This document shows, in pieces, positions 11,539 through 20,068 of a DNA stretch of 32,000 bases. Below the pieces are notes generated by a model. It was not told where the DNA came from and did no database searches. It was given only the letters and a program-made list of their open reading frames with translations. Source of the DNA: Nitrosospira multiformis ATCC 25196 (GTDB lineage Bacteria; Pseudomonadota; Gammaproteobacteria; Burkholderiales; Nitrosomonadaceae); the NCBI RefSeq assembly GCF_000196355.1, contig NC_007614.1:1-32000 (forward strand), in the 5' to 3' direction. Each line of letters starts with the position of its first letter. The first letter of the stretch is position 1. Both the position numbers and the translations under genes were made by a program.

Positions 11539-12668
11539 TCATCAGTTCAATTCAGGAAATCATTGCTGACATCAAGACCGGCCGCATGGTCATTCTCGTC
11601 GATGAGGAAAACCGCGAAAACGAGGGGGACCTGGTTCTGGCGGCGGATTTCATTACACCGGCAGCCATCAACTTCATGGCAACGTACGGACGCGGCCTGA
11701 TCTGCCTGACGTTGATGGAGGAACGTTGCCGCCAGCTCAACCTGCCTCTGATGGTGGCGGCTAACCGGTCTCCGCTCGGCACCAATTTCACGGTTTCCAT
11801 CGAAGCCGCGACCGGGGTGACCACGGGCATTTCCGCTGCTGACCGCGCACGCACGGTACAGGTGGCCGTGAACCGGGGCGCAAAACCGGATGACATCGTC
11901 CAGCCGGGGCATATTTTCCCCCTGATGGCGCAAAACGGCGGCGTGCTCGTGCGCGCCGGCCACACGGAAGCTGGTTGCGATCTGGCGCATCTGGCGGGAC
12001 TCACCCCCGCCTCCGTGATCTGCGAAATACTGAATGAAGACGGGAGCATGGCGCGCCTACCCGATCTGGTCGAGTTTGCGGCAAAGCATCAACTCAAGAT
12101 AGGTGCGATAGCCGACCTCATCCATTATCGCAGCCGTACGGAAAGCCTGGTGGAACGGATTGTAGAACGTCCCCTCCAGACTGCGCACGGCAGATTCCAG
12201 CTCGTTGCCTACCTGGACAAAACCGTCAATACTGTCCACCTGGCGTTGGTAAAGGGGGCTATCGCTCCCGACGATGAAACCCTGGTAAGAGTGCATGAGC
12301 CTCTTTCGGTCATGGACCTTCTCGATCTGGAGGATGATACCCACTCCTGGAATCTGAACGAGGCCCTGCGCATCATCAGCGATGCGGGACGCGGCGTTAT
12401 CGTACTGCTTCATTGCGGGGAAAGCGGGTCCGGGCTGATGGAAAGGGTGTTGCCGGCAAAGCTGCCGCATCGTCCGGTCGCCAAGCCCGACCTGCGCAAT
12501 TATGGTATTGGCGCGCAGATCCTCAAGGATCTCAACGTGAGGAAGATGCGCTTACTGGCTGTTCCCCGAAAAATGCCGAGCATGGCGGGCTTCGGACTTG
12601 AAGTCACCGGCTATCTGGAGCCGGAAGATAAAAGCCGGCTGGCGGAAAGCCGCCAAGCGGTCCGTTGA
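11535..12668 (+). CDS. ribB: 3,4-dihydroxy-2-butanone-4-phosphate synthase fused to a degenerate GTP cyclohydrolase II-like domain (RibBX type)
   Basis: 377-aa ORF. The N-terminal DHBPS domain is intact ([20 protein letters not shown]). The C-terminal domain aligns by eye to RibA but lacks the Cys zinc triad ([20 protein letters not shown]). Confidence 0.9.
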   Translation: MIISSIQEIIADIKTGRMVILVDEENRENEGDLVLAADFITPAAINFMATYGRGLICLTLMEERCRQLNLPLMVAANRSPLGTNFTVSIEAATGVTTGISAADRARTVQVAVNRGAKPDDIVQPGHIFPLMAQNGGVLVRAGHTEAGCDLAHLAGLTPASVICEILNEDGSMARLPDLVEFAAKHQLKIGAIADLIHYRSRTESLVERIVERPLQTAHGRFQLVAYLDKTVNTVHLALVKGAIAPDDETLVRVHEPLSVMDLLDLEDDTHSWNLNEALRIISDAGRGVIVLLHCGESGSGLMERVLPAKLPHRPVAKPDLRNYGIGAQILKDLNVRKMRLLAVPRKMPSMAGFGLEVTGYLEPEDKSRLAESRQAVR

Positions 12669-12784
12669 TAATTTTTTGAACCCGCAATTTGAGCCTGCAA
12701 TCCGCCAATGAATAAGAGGCGGCGGGCTGATATATTCGAACGTTTCTCCAACCTTTGCACCCAGATCTTGTTACAGGAGCGAAC

Positions 12785-13267
12785 ATGGCACGATACGAAA
12801 ACATTCTTGAGCTCGAACCTAATCTCAACGGGGAGGATCTCAGCATTGGCATTGTCATGAGCCGCTTTAATATCGAGGCAAGCGAGGGATTGCTGGGCGC
12901 GTGCGTGGAGGAATTGATGAAACAGGGCGTCGATGCAGGGAATGTCGTCCTGGTTTCGGTCCCCGGGGCGCTTGAAATCCCTTTGGCGTTGCAAAAGATG
13001 GCCTTGACCGACCAGTTCGATGCGCTGATCGCTCTGGGCGCAGTCATACGCGGAGAGACATACCATTTCGAAATCGTTTCCGAGCAATCCACCAACGGGG
13101 TTTCCACCGTGCAGCTGGATACGGGCATTCCCATTGCCAACGGCATACTCACGACTAATACCGACGACCAGGCGCTGGCGCGCATGAGCCAGAAGGGTGC
13201 CGAAGCGGCGCGGGTCGCGATTGAGATGGCCAACCTGCAAAGAACGCTCGATGAAATGGAGCAATGA
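12785..13267 (+). CDS. ribH: 6,7-dimethyl-8-ribityllumazine synthase
   Basis: ATG 12785 is preceded by AGGAG (12774-12778); the ORF-track start at 12755 is a TTG. Motifs [10 protein letters not shown] and [13 protein letters not shown] are present. Confidence 0.94.
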   Translation: MARYENILELEPNLNGEDLSIGIVMSRFNIEASEGLLGACVEELMKQGVDAGNVVLVSVPGALEIPLALQKMALTDQFDALIALGAVIRGETYHFEIVSEQSTNGVSTVQLDTGIPIANGILTTNTDDQALARMSQKGAEAARVAIEMANLQRTLDEMEQ

Positions 13268-13377
13268 AATACTCGAGCAATGGGTGGCAGAGTAAGGCAG
13301 GATAAAGCCGCCATCAGCGAATGTGTGACAGGTAAAAAGAAGCAGAACGCGATGCAGAATCAGGTGGGAAGCGGGAA

Positions 13378-13854
13378 GTGAAACGAGTGGAGAAACGGGC
13401 GGAGAAACAGGGAAGGGGTACTGCGCGAAAAAGCCGCCGGCGCCTGGCGCGTGAACTGGCATTGCAGGGGTTGTATCAGTGGTGCGTAGCGGGTGGAAGC
13501 GCCGGTACCATCGAAGCGCAGCTTCGGGACACGGAGGAGTTCCCGAAAACGGACGAGGAATATTTCTCCCGCCTGCTCCATGGCGTGTTGATGCAAGCAC
13601 CTGAGCTCGAGAAGGAAATCCAGCCCTGTCTCGACCGTCCGTTCAACGAACTCAGCCCGGTGGAGATTTCGATATTATTGCTTGGTGCCTATGAGCTGGA
13701 GCGACATCCGGAAATACCGTATCGGGCCGTCATCAATGAAGCGGTGGAACTTGCCAAAGCCTACGGCGGCACGCACGGCCATAAATATGTCAACGGCGTG
13801 CTCGATAAATTGGCGGTAAAGCTGAGGGCGGCCGAGATCGGGGCGAAGATTTGA
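13378..13854 (+). CDS. nusB: Transcription antitermination factor NusB
   Basis: 158-aa ORF with the conserved core ARELALQGLYQW. It sits in the ribH-nusB-thiL position. The start is a GTG and its exact position is uncertain. Confidence 0.9.
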   Translation: MKRVEKRAEKQGRGTARKSRRRLARELALQGLYQWCVAGGSAGTIEAQLRDTEEFPKTDEEYFSRLLHGVLMQAPELEKEIQPCLDRPFNELSPVEISILLLGAYELERHPEIPYRAVINEAVELAKAYGGTHGHKYVNGVLDKLAVKLRAAEIGAKI

Positions 13855-13915
13855 CCGCGGGGGTGTCAGGGCCGCCAGCCATTTCCGCTGCTTCTGGCGT
13901 GAAGTGACGGCATGA

Positions 13916-14941
13916 ATGGATCTTGTAGGTGGAAGTAAAGTGCTGTCGGAATTTGACATCATCCGGTCTTTTTTCACCCGCTCCGCTCCGGCTACAGTGT
14001 TGGGTATAGGGGACGATGCGGCGCTCATCCGGCCTGCACCCGGGATGGAACTGGCAATCTCGAGCGACATGCTGGTTTCCGGGCGTCATTTTTTCGAAGA
14101 TGTGGATCCGTACAAGCTCGGCCACAAATCTCTGGCAGTGAATCTTTCCGATATGGCGGCAATGGGTGCCCGTCCCCGTTGGGCAACCCTTTCGCTGGCG
14201 CTGCCAGAATCAGTAGTACAAAAGGATGAGTCATGGCTGCGAGCGTTTGCTGACGGATTTTTTGCGCTTGCGCATGTCCATCGGGTTGATCTGATCGGCG
14301 GCGATACCACCAATGGTCCCCTGAATATCTGCGTGACGATCATTGGCGAAGCGCCGGAAGGAAAAGCCTTGCGCCGCAGCGGCGCCAGGGCGGGGGATGA
14401 TATCTGGGTTTCGGGCTACCTCGGGGATGCGGCTCTCGCGCTTGCTTACCAAAAAAAAAAGATCATGCCGAAACCGGGCGAAGTGGAAGCCGCAGAATTG
14501 GAAGCTGCGGAGTTGGAATTCCTTATGGCCGCGCTTGAGATGCCCATTCCCCGTGTGGAACTGGGGCAGCGTCTGATCGGCCTTGCCCATAGCGCCATCG
14601 ATATTTCAGACGGTCTGCTGGCCGACCTCGGACATATTCTGGAGTGTTCAAGAGTGGCGGCTGTTGTCAGAATCGATCGGATACTCCGGTCGGCAGCGAT
14701 GGAGAAACATTTTCCTCACCCCCTTGCGATAGAATGCCTGCTTGCGGGGGGAGACGATTATGAGTTGTGCTTTACCGTGCCGAAGTCGGAGCGAATAAAG
14801 GTGGAACTGCTTTCGCGCGAGGAAGGTATTCCGTTAACACGTATTGGCAGCATCGAGGAGGGGGCAGGCTTGGTCGTGCTCGATTCCGCAGGCAGAACAG
14901 TCACTACGAGGGTCAAAGGTTATGACCATTTCCAAGTCTGA
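13916..14941 (+). CDS. thiL: Thiamine-monophosphate kinase
   Basis: 341-aa ORF with the AIR-synthase-like motifs LGIGDDAALI and DISDGLLADLGH. An alternative GTG start lies at 13940. Confidence 0.92.
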   Translation: MDLVGGSKVLSEFDIIRSFFTRSAPATVLGIGDDAALIRPAPGMELAISSDMLVSGRHFFEDVDPYKLGHKSLAVNLSDMAAMGARPRWATLSLALPESVVQKDESWLRAFADGFFALAHVHRVDLIGGDTTNGPLNICVTIIGEAPEGKALRRSGARAGDDIWVSGYLGDAALALAYQKKKIMPKPGEVEAAELEAAELEFLMAALEMPIPRVELGQRLIGLAHSAIDISDGLLADLGHILECSRVAAVVRIDRILRSAAMEKHFPHPLAIECLLAGGDDYELCFTVPKSERIKVELLSREEGIPLTRIGSIEEGAGLVVLDSAGRTVTTRVKGYDHFQV

Positions 14942-15554
14942 CAACCGGAGCGATAATTCGCCTGATCGCAGGCCTCTCGAGGTGGAATCCACGCTCCCGC
15001 CTTCCGTCGACAAGGGGGATGAAGCCCGACGAGAGGCTCTTCCGCTCCTGCCTTCCCCCTGGATCGAACGCCCCATACCTGACAAGACATTCATTCGCGG
15101 CAGCGTGGCACATTTCATCGCCTTCGCCGGAGGCGTCGGATTGAGTCCCGTGGCACCCGGCACAGCCGCTACCCTGGTCGCGTTCCCCCTGTTCTGGGTA
15201 CTCGAATATATTTTCGATCCCCCCGGTTTTCTCCTGTTTCTTGTTGCCGCGTTCGGTATCGGCATCTGGGCTTGCGAAGTGACAGGACGGGCATTGAGGA
15301 ATACCGACCACGGCGGCATCGTCTGGGACGAGGTCACTGCTTTCCTGCTGGTGCTGTTCTTTACACCCAAGGGCCTGATGTGGCAGGCATTCGCATTTCT
15401 GCTGTTTCGTTTGTTCGATATAATCAAACCGGCGCCTATCCGTTACTACGAAAAAAAGCTGCGTGGCGGATTCGGCGTGATGTTCGACGACCTGCTGGCA
15501 GCTTTCTTCACGCTTTTGTGTCTGGCCTTCTGGAAGGCTTATGTGACCGGGTAG
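14922..15554 (+). CDS. pgpA: Phosphatidylglycerophosphatase A
   Basis: The PgpA core is present (GVGLSPVAPGTAATL, DHGGIVWDEV, FRLFDIIKP). ATG 14922 overlaps the thiL end by 20 nt and gives a low-complexity N-terminal extension about 35 aa longer than the E. coli PgpA I remember. The ORF-track start at 14844 is unlikely. Confidence 0.85.
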   Translation: MTISKSDNRSDNSPDRRPLEVESTLPPSVDKGDEARREALPLLPSPWIERPIPDKTFIRGSVAHFIAFAGGVGLSPVAPGTAATLVAFPLFWVLEYIFDPPGFLLFLVAAFGIGIWACEVTGRALRNTDHGGIVWDEVTAFLLVLFFTPKGLMWQAFAFLLFRLFDIIKPAPIRYYEKKLRGGFGVMFDDLLAAFFTLLCLAFWKAYVTG

Positions 15555-15629
15555 CCAACATGCTTTAATAGGCCGCCGCAGAAGCGGGCATTTTTCCAGC
15601 AAGTATGGATATCAGGAGGAGCAACCGAC

Positions 15630-16139
15630 ATGGATGATATGATGCTTCAGGACCTGGCGATGCGGGTTGGAACAGCGCTTGCCCAGCAGGAATTGACGCT
15701 CGTCACGGCTGAATCCTGTACGGGGGGGTGGCTGGGACAGGTCGTTACTTCAGTCGCCGGGAGTTCCGGCTGGTATGAGCGCGGCTTCATTACCTATGCT
15801 ACGGCTTCGAAACAGGAAATGCTGGGCGTGAGTAACGCGACCCTCGAGCAGTATGGTTCGGTATCGGAACAGACAGCCTCCGAAATGGCCGCGGGGGCGA
15901 TTGCACGCAGCCATGCCCAAGTGGCGGTATCAGTAACCGGTATTGCCGGACCGGAGGGCGGCACCGAGGAAAAGCCGGTCGGAATGGTATGCTTTGCCTG
16001 GATAATGAAAGAGGGAATGGCGCTTGCCGAAACCCGATATTTCAGCGGCAGCCGCGAGGAGATAAGGCGCCAATCCGTATCGGGAGCGCTGCAAGGCCTG
16101 ATCGATCTGCTACACAGTATCCCGCCCGCCGTCGCATAA
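15630..16139 (+). CDS. pncC: CinA C-terminal domain protein / nicotinamide-nucleotide amidohydrolase PncC
   Basis: 169-aa ORF with motifs LVTAESCTGGWL and VSVTGIAGPEGG. Genes of this type classically neighbour recA. Confidence 0.9.
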   Translation: MDDMMLQDLAMRVGTALAQQELTLVTAESCTGGWLGQVVTSVAGSSGWYERGFITYATASKQEMLGVSNATLEQYGSVSEQTASEMAAGAIARSHAQVAVSVTGIAGPEGGTEEKPVGMVCFAWIMKEGMALAETRYFSGSREEIRRQSVSGALQGLIDLLHSIPPAVA

Positions 16140-16150
16140 CTCCCCGTTGC

Positions 16151-16798
16151 TCAATGATCGCTCTCGTGCCCGCCAGGACGGGACATCAGCCGGTCACTAT
16201 AGGCAATTGCGATTGCGGACAACAGGAAAACTATGTGGATTCCGGTCTGGGCCAGGATCGTTTTCTCATCATATGCATTGGCGTTGATGAATGTCTTCAG
16301 CAGATGAATGGAAGAAATGCCGATAATAGCGGTGGAAAGCTTGACTTTCAGCACCGTTGCGTTGACATGTGATAACCATTCCGGCTGATCGGGGTGTCCT
16401 TCCAGATTCATGCGGGAGACAAAAGTCTCATAGCCTCCGATGATTACCATGATGAGCAGGTTGGAGATCATCACCACGTCGATCAGACCCAGTACGACCA
16501 GCATGATCGTCGTTTCCCCGATCTTCTTGGGTGGAGCGGCGCCCTCGATCGAAACCGCATCCAGGGTGTGCTCCAGCGCCTCCTTGTTACCCATCACTGC
16601 TCCGATCAGGTCAAGTAATTCCACCCAGAAGTGATAAACGTAGACGCATTGCGCAAGAATCAGCCCAAGGTACAGGGGCAATTGCAGCCAGCGTGTGGTA
16701 AATATGAAATATGCCAGCGGCTGGATCTTTCTTGATCTCCCGGAGTAGACGGGCAGTGGGGTATCGTTGGTATCGTTAGAGTCCTCGTTGATTTTCAT
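16151..16798 (-). CDS. UPF0114 (YqhA-family) inner-membrane protein
   Basis: 215-aa ORF. It aligns by eye along most of its length to E. coli YqhA (RWLQLPLYLGL, GGYETFVS, ISSIHLLKTF, AYSDRL). Confidence 0.85.
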   Translation of the reverse strand: MKINEDSNDTNDTPLPVYSGRSRKIQPLAYFIFTTRWLQLPLYLGLILAQCVYVYHFWVELLDLIGAVMGNKEALEHTLDAVSIEGAAPPKKIGETTIMLVVLGLIDVVMISNLLIMVIIGGYETFVSRMNLEGHPDQPEWLSHVNATVLKVKLSTAIIGISSIHLLKTFINANAYDEKTILAQTGIHIVFLLSAIAIAYSDRLMSRPGGHESDH

Positions 16799-16950
16799 TC
16801 AATTCTGTGGATTTTGCGGTGAGAAATAGCCGCTATTTTACACGCCGGCTGTTTCGTTGCGCACATCGTTCATGGGGTTTCGACAGTCTGTCGACATACC
16901 ATGTACTATGATCTGCCGATGCCCCTTCCGAATAAGAGAAGAATACGAAC

Positions 16951-18174
16951 ATGACCGCGATTTCTTCCCTCGCGCTGTTGGTGTTTGCGTCGGCCTTGTT
17001 TTTGCCGCTCTTGCCAGGAGCCAGCGCGAAAACTCCGGAGCAGGTTTTTACGGAGGAAAGGGGGAGCATCGTGTCGATTGATATGTTGAATGCACGGGGT
17101 GAACTGGCTGTTCAGGGCAGTGGCGTGGCGCTGGGCGCAGACCAAGTGATCACTACTTGCGATGTCGCCCGCCAGGCAGAAAGCGCACGAGTGGGCTGGG
17201 CGGGAAGGATATTCAAGGCCAAGCCGGCACCATCGCAGACACATCTCAATCTTTGTCGCCTCCGTGTTGCTGGTATGCACGCTCCGTCGCTTGCTTTAGG
17301 TGGCGCAGAAAAGCTCAGGGTGGGACAGCCGGTAAATGCAATCGGTCTGCCTCATGCAAGGCTCGGCGGCAGGTTGAAAGGAAACAGAAACGAGGAAAGA
17401 AGGAACGGGCGCGACAGGATCTGCCCGATGTGCGATGGGAGCAAAGTCACCGGATTGCAGGAGGAACACCGACGTGACCCGATCCTGGCCGAAGGCGTGG
17501 TGGCGGTAATGCGCCCCTACGCAGGGTCCCGCTACATGAGAATTTCGGCACCCCTCCTGCCGGGTTTCAGCGGCGGGGGACTATTCGACGAACAAGGCCA
17601 GCTGGTCGGAATTCTCTCGCCCCAACGTGTAGAAGGTGAATCGCTTGCTTTCGTATTGCCGTCCGATTGGCTTGACAGTCTCCCGAAAATGACACAAGCC
17701 CCCCGGCCAATGGACCCAAAGTCAGCGGACCCAGGGCATGGGCTCGTCTGGCTCAATCAAACGCTGGCGCTGGAAAAGAAGGCCGACTGGCGCAGGTTGT
17801 TGAAGCTCTCGCAGCAGGAGACCGGGCGCGACCCGTCGAATGCTGCTGCCTGGTTTAACGTGGGGATTGCTTCCTGCAATCTCAAGCAATATTCCCAGGC
17901 GGTTAACGCATACCGGGAAGCCATTCGTCACCATGCGGGCTATGCCGATGCCTGGCATAAACTGGGGATGGCTTACGCGCATCTCAAAGACTACGAGAAC
18001 GCAAGCCAGGCCTACGAGGATGCGGTTCGCCTGGATCCCGATAATGGCGAGGCCTGGTACGATCTGGGCAATACTTACCATCACCTCAAAAAATATGCGC
18101 ACACCATTCATGCCTACCGGCACGCCCTCCGGATTGATCCGAAAAATTTCAGGGCTTGGTACAACTGGGAGTGA
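16951..18174 (+). CDS. Secreted trypsin-fold (S1-like, probably non-catalytic) domain fused to TPR repeats; the ORF as it stands is truncated by a frameshift
   Basis: It has a signal peptide (LPLLPGASA|KT), a trypsin-like core with GFSGGGL, then TPR repeats. It stops at TGA 18172-18174 in the middle of a TPR motif. Confidence 0.8.
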   Translation: MTAISSLALLVFASALFLPLLPGASAKTPEQVFTEERGSIVSIDMLNARGELAVQGSGVALGADQVITTCDVARQAESARVGWAGRIFKAKPAPSQTHLNLCRLRVAGMHAPSLALGGAEKLRVGQPVNAIGLPHARLGGRLKGNRNEERRNGRDRICPMCDGSKVTGLQEEHRRDPILAEGVVAVMRPYAGSRYMRISAPLLPGFSGGGLFDEQGQLVGILSPQRVEGESLAFVLPSDWLDSLPKMTQAPRPMDPKSADPGHGLVWLNQTLALEKKADWRRLLKLSQQETGRDPSNAAAWFNVGIASCNLKQYSQAVNAYREAIRHHAGYADAWHKLGMAYAHLKDYENASQAYEDAVRLDPDNGEAWYDLGNTYHHLKKYAHTIHAYRHALRIDPKNFRAWYNWE

Positions 18175-18386
18175 CCTATGACGAGTTGAAACTGCACGGC
18201 GAGGCGGTTGAGGCATACCGGAAAACAGTGGTGCTTCAGCCGGAGAATGCGGATGCGTGGTACAACCTTGGGGTGGACTATGCCATTCTGGATGAGCGCG
18301 ACAGGATACGCGAGATCTACAAGACGCTGCGCAAGCTGGATCCATCCAGGGCCGAACGGTATTTCAATACTTATATCCTGCCATGA
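18156..18386 (+). pseudogene. Downstream (-1 frame) fragment of the same TPR protein
   Basis: The translation LGVTYDELKLHGEAVEAYRK...AWYNLGVDY continues the TPR array of the upstream ORF exactly if C18165 is read twice. Confidence 0.8.
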
Positions 18387-18528
18387 ACATCCCCGATGTT
18401 CATTAGAGCAGAAGAATGTTTCCAGCACGGATAAACATGTTTCCGCTGAACACGTTGTCATTTTTCCCCTGCTTTCCCGCGGGGGTCACGTATGCGATAA
18501 TTGACCCATCTTCAAAGGAAAAAATTTC

Positions 18529-19548
18529 ATGGACGAAAACAGAAGCAAGGCATTGGCGGCGGCGCTTTCCCAGATCGAAAAGCAGTTCGGCAAGGGTTCG
18601 ATCATGCGGCTGGGGGCAAGCGATGTCGGCAAGGACGTGCAGGTCATCTCCACCGGTTCGCTGGGCCTGGATATTGCGCTCGGAGTGGGTGGCCTGCCGC
18701 GCGGGCGGATTGTGGAAATCTATGGGCCGGAATCCTCGGGCAAGACGACACTCACCCTGCAAGTGATCGCGGAGATGCAAAGAATGGGCGGCACGGCGGC
18801 ATTCATCGATGCGGAACACGCACTGGATTCGCAATACGCGCAAAAACTTGGTGTCAATGTTCAGGACTTGCTGATCTCGCAACCGGATAACGGTGAGCAG
18901 GCGTTGGAAATAGCCGACATGCTGGTGCGCTCCGGCTCGATCGATGTGGTGGTTGTGGATTCCGTCGCAGCCCTCACCCCGCGGGCGGAAATCGAGGGTG
19001 AGATGGGCGAGCCGCAAATGGGTCTTCACGCCCGGCTGATGTCGCAAGCGTTGCGCAAGCTCACCGGCAACATCAAGCGCAGCAATACCATGGTAATCTT
19101 CATCAATCAGATACGCATGAAAATCGGCGTCATGTTCGGCAGCCCCGAAACCACGACCGGAGGCAATGCGCTGAAATTCTACGCATCCGTGCGTCTCGAT
19201 ATCCGCCGCACCGGTTCCATCAAGAAGGGCGAAGAGGTGATTGGCAGCGAGACCCGGGTGAAGGTGGTCAAGAACAAGGTGGCACCCCCCTTCAGGCAGG
19301 CAGAATTCGATATTCTCTACGGTGAAGGCATTTCGCGCGAGGGCGAAATCATCGAGCTGGGGGTGCAGCACAAGCTGATTGACAAATCCGGCGCCTGGTA
19401 CGCCTACAAGGGAGACAAGATAGGCCAGGGCAAGGATAACGTGCGCGAGTATCTGAAAGAGCATCGCGACATTGCCATGGAGATCGAGTCGAAAATCCGG
19501 GCGGCTGTCGGAGTTTCCAACCCGGCCGAACCTGCCCCCGTGGAATGA
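18529..19548 (+). CDS. recA: Recombinase RecA
   Basis: 339-aa ORF with Walker [10 protein letters not shown] and the motifs [18 protein letters not shown] and [28 protein letters not shown]. Confidence 0.98.
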
Positions 19549-19615
19549 GCGCGCCAAGCGGCGGAAACGTGGCGGCGTCGCTTTCTAGATCCCGAAGGTA
19601 GATTCCTAGGATGCC

Positions 19616-20068
19616 ATGACGCGCGCGCCGAGTCTCAAAACCCGGGCGTTGGGTTATCTGGCCAAGCGTGAGCATTCCCGGCTGGAACTGGAAAAAAAGC
19701 TTGCGCCTCATGCCGAAACTCCGGAGGAACTTTCCTCGGTGCTGGATGGGCTCGAGCAGCGCGGATTTCTGTCGGCGGCTCGTCTGGTCGAGCAGATAAT
19801 GCACATGCGCAAGGCCAGGTTCGGCAGTTTGCGAATCCTGCAGGAGTTGCGCGAAAAAGGCATCGAAGAGAATTTGATCACCGCGGTCCTGCCTGATCTC
19901 AGGGAAGCCGAGCAGCGCAGCGCGTACGAAGTATGGCGGAAAAAGTTCGGCGCAATCCCTGCGGATGCGAAAGCCTTCGGCAGGCAGACACGGTTTCTGT
20001 TGGGGCGCGGATTCAGGCCGGAAGTGGTGCGCCGCGTGTTGCAACACCCCGATAAGGAAGAAGGTTGA
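19616..20068 (+). CDS. recX: Recombination regulator RecX
   Basis: 150-aa ORF directly after recA. It has the RecX-type three-repeat helical pattern (ALGYLAKREHSRLELEKKL). Confidence 0.88.
   Translation: MTRAPSLKTRALGYLAKREHSRLELEKKLAPHAETPEELSSVLDGLEQRGFLSAARLVEQIMHMRKARFGSLRILQELREKGIEENLITAVLPDLREAEQRSAYEVWRKKFGAIPADAKAFGRQTRFLLGRGFRPEVVRRVLQHPDKEEG

Noticed and set aside
12604-13600. 236-aa and 329-aa minus-strand ORFs across ribH and the ribH-nusB spacer
   Set aside because: They are antisense to lumazine synthase and NusB, with low-complexity products and no translation signals.
18445-18460. LexA SOS box upstream of recA
   Set aside because: CTGAACACGTTGTCAT matches CTGT-N8-ACAG at only 5 of 8 core positions, so I am not calling it.
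18403-19557. 384-aa ORF antisense to the whole of recA
   Set aside because: Same reasoning: recA homology on the + strand is unambiguous, and the antisense product has no motifs and no RBS.
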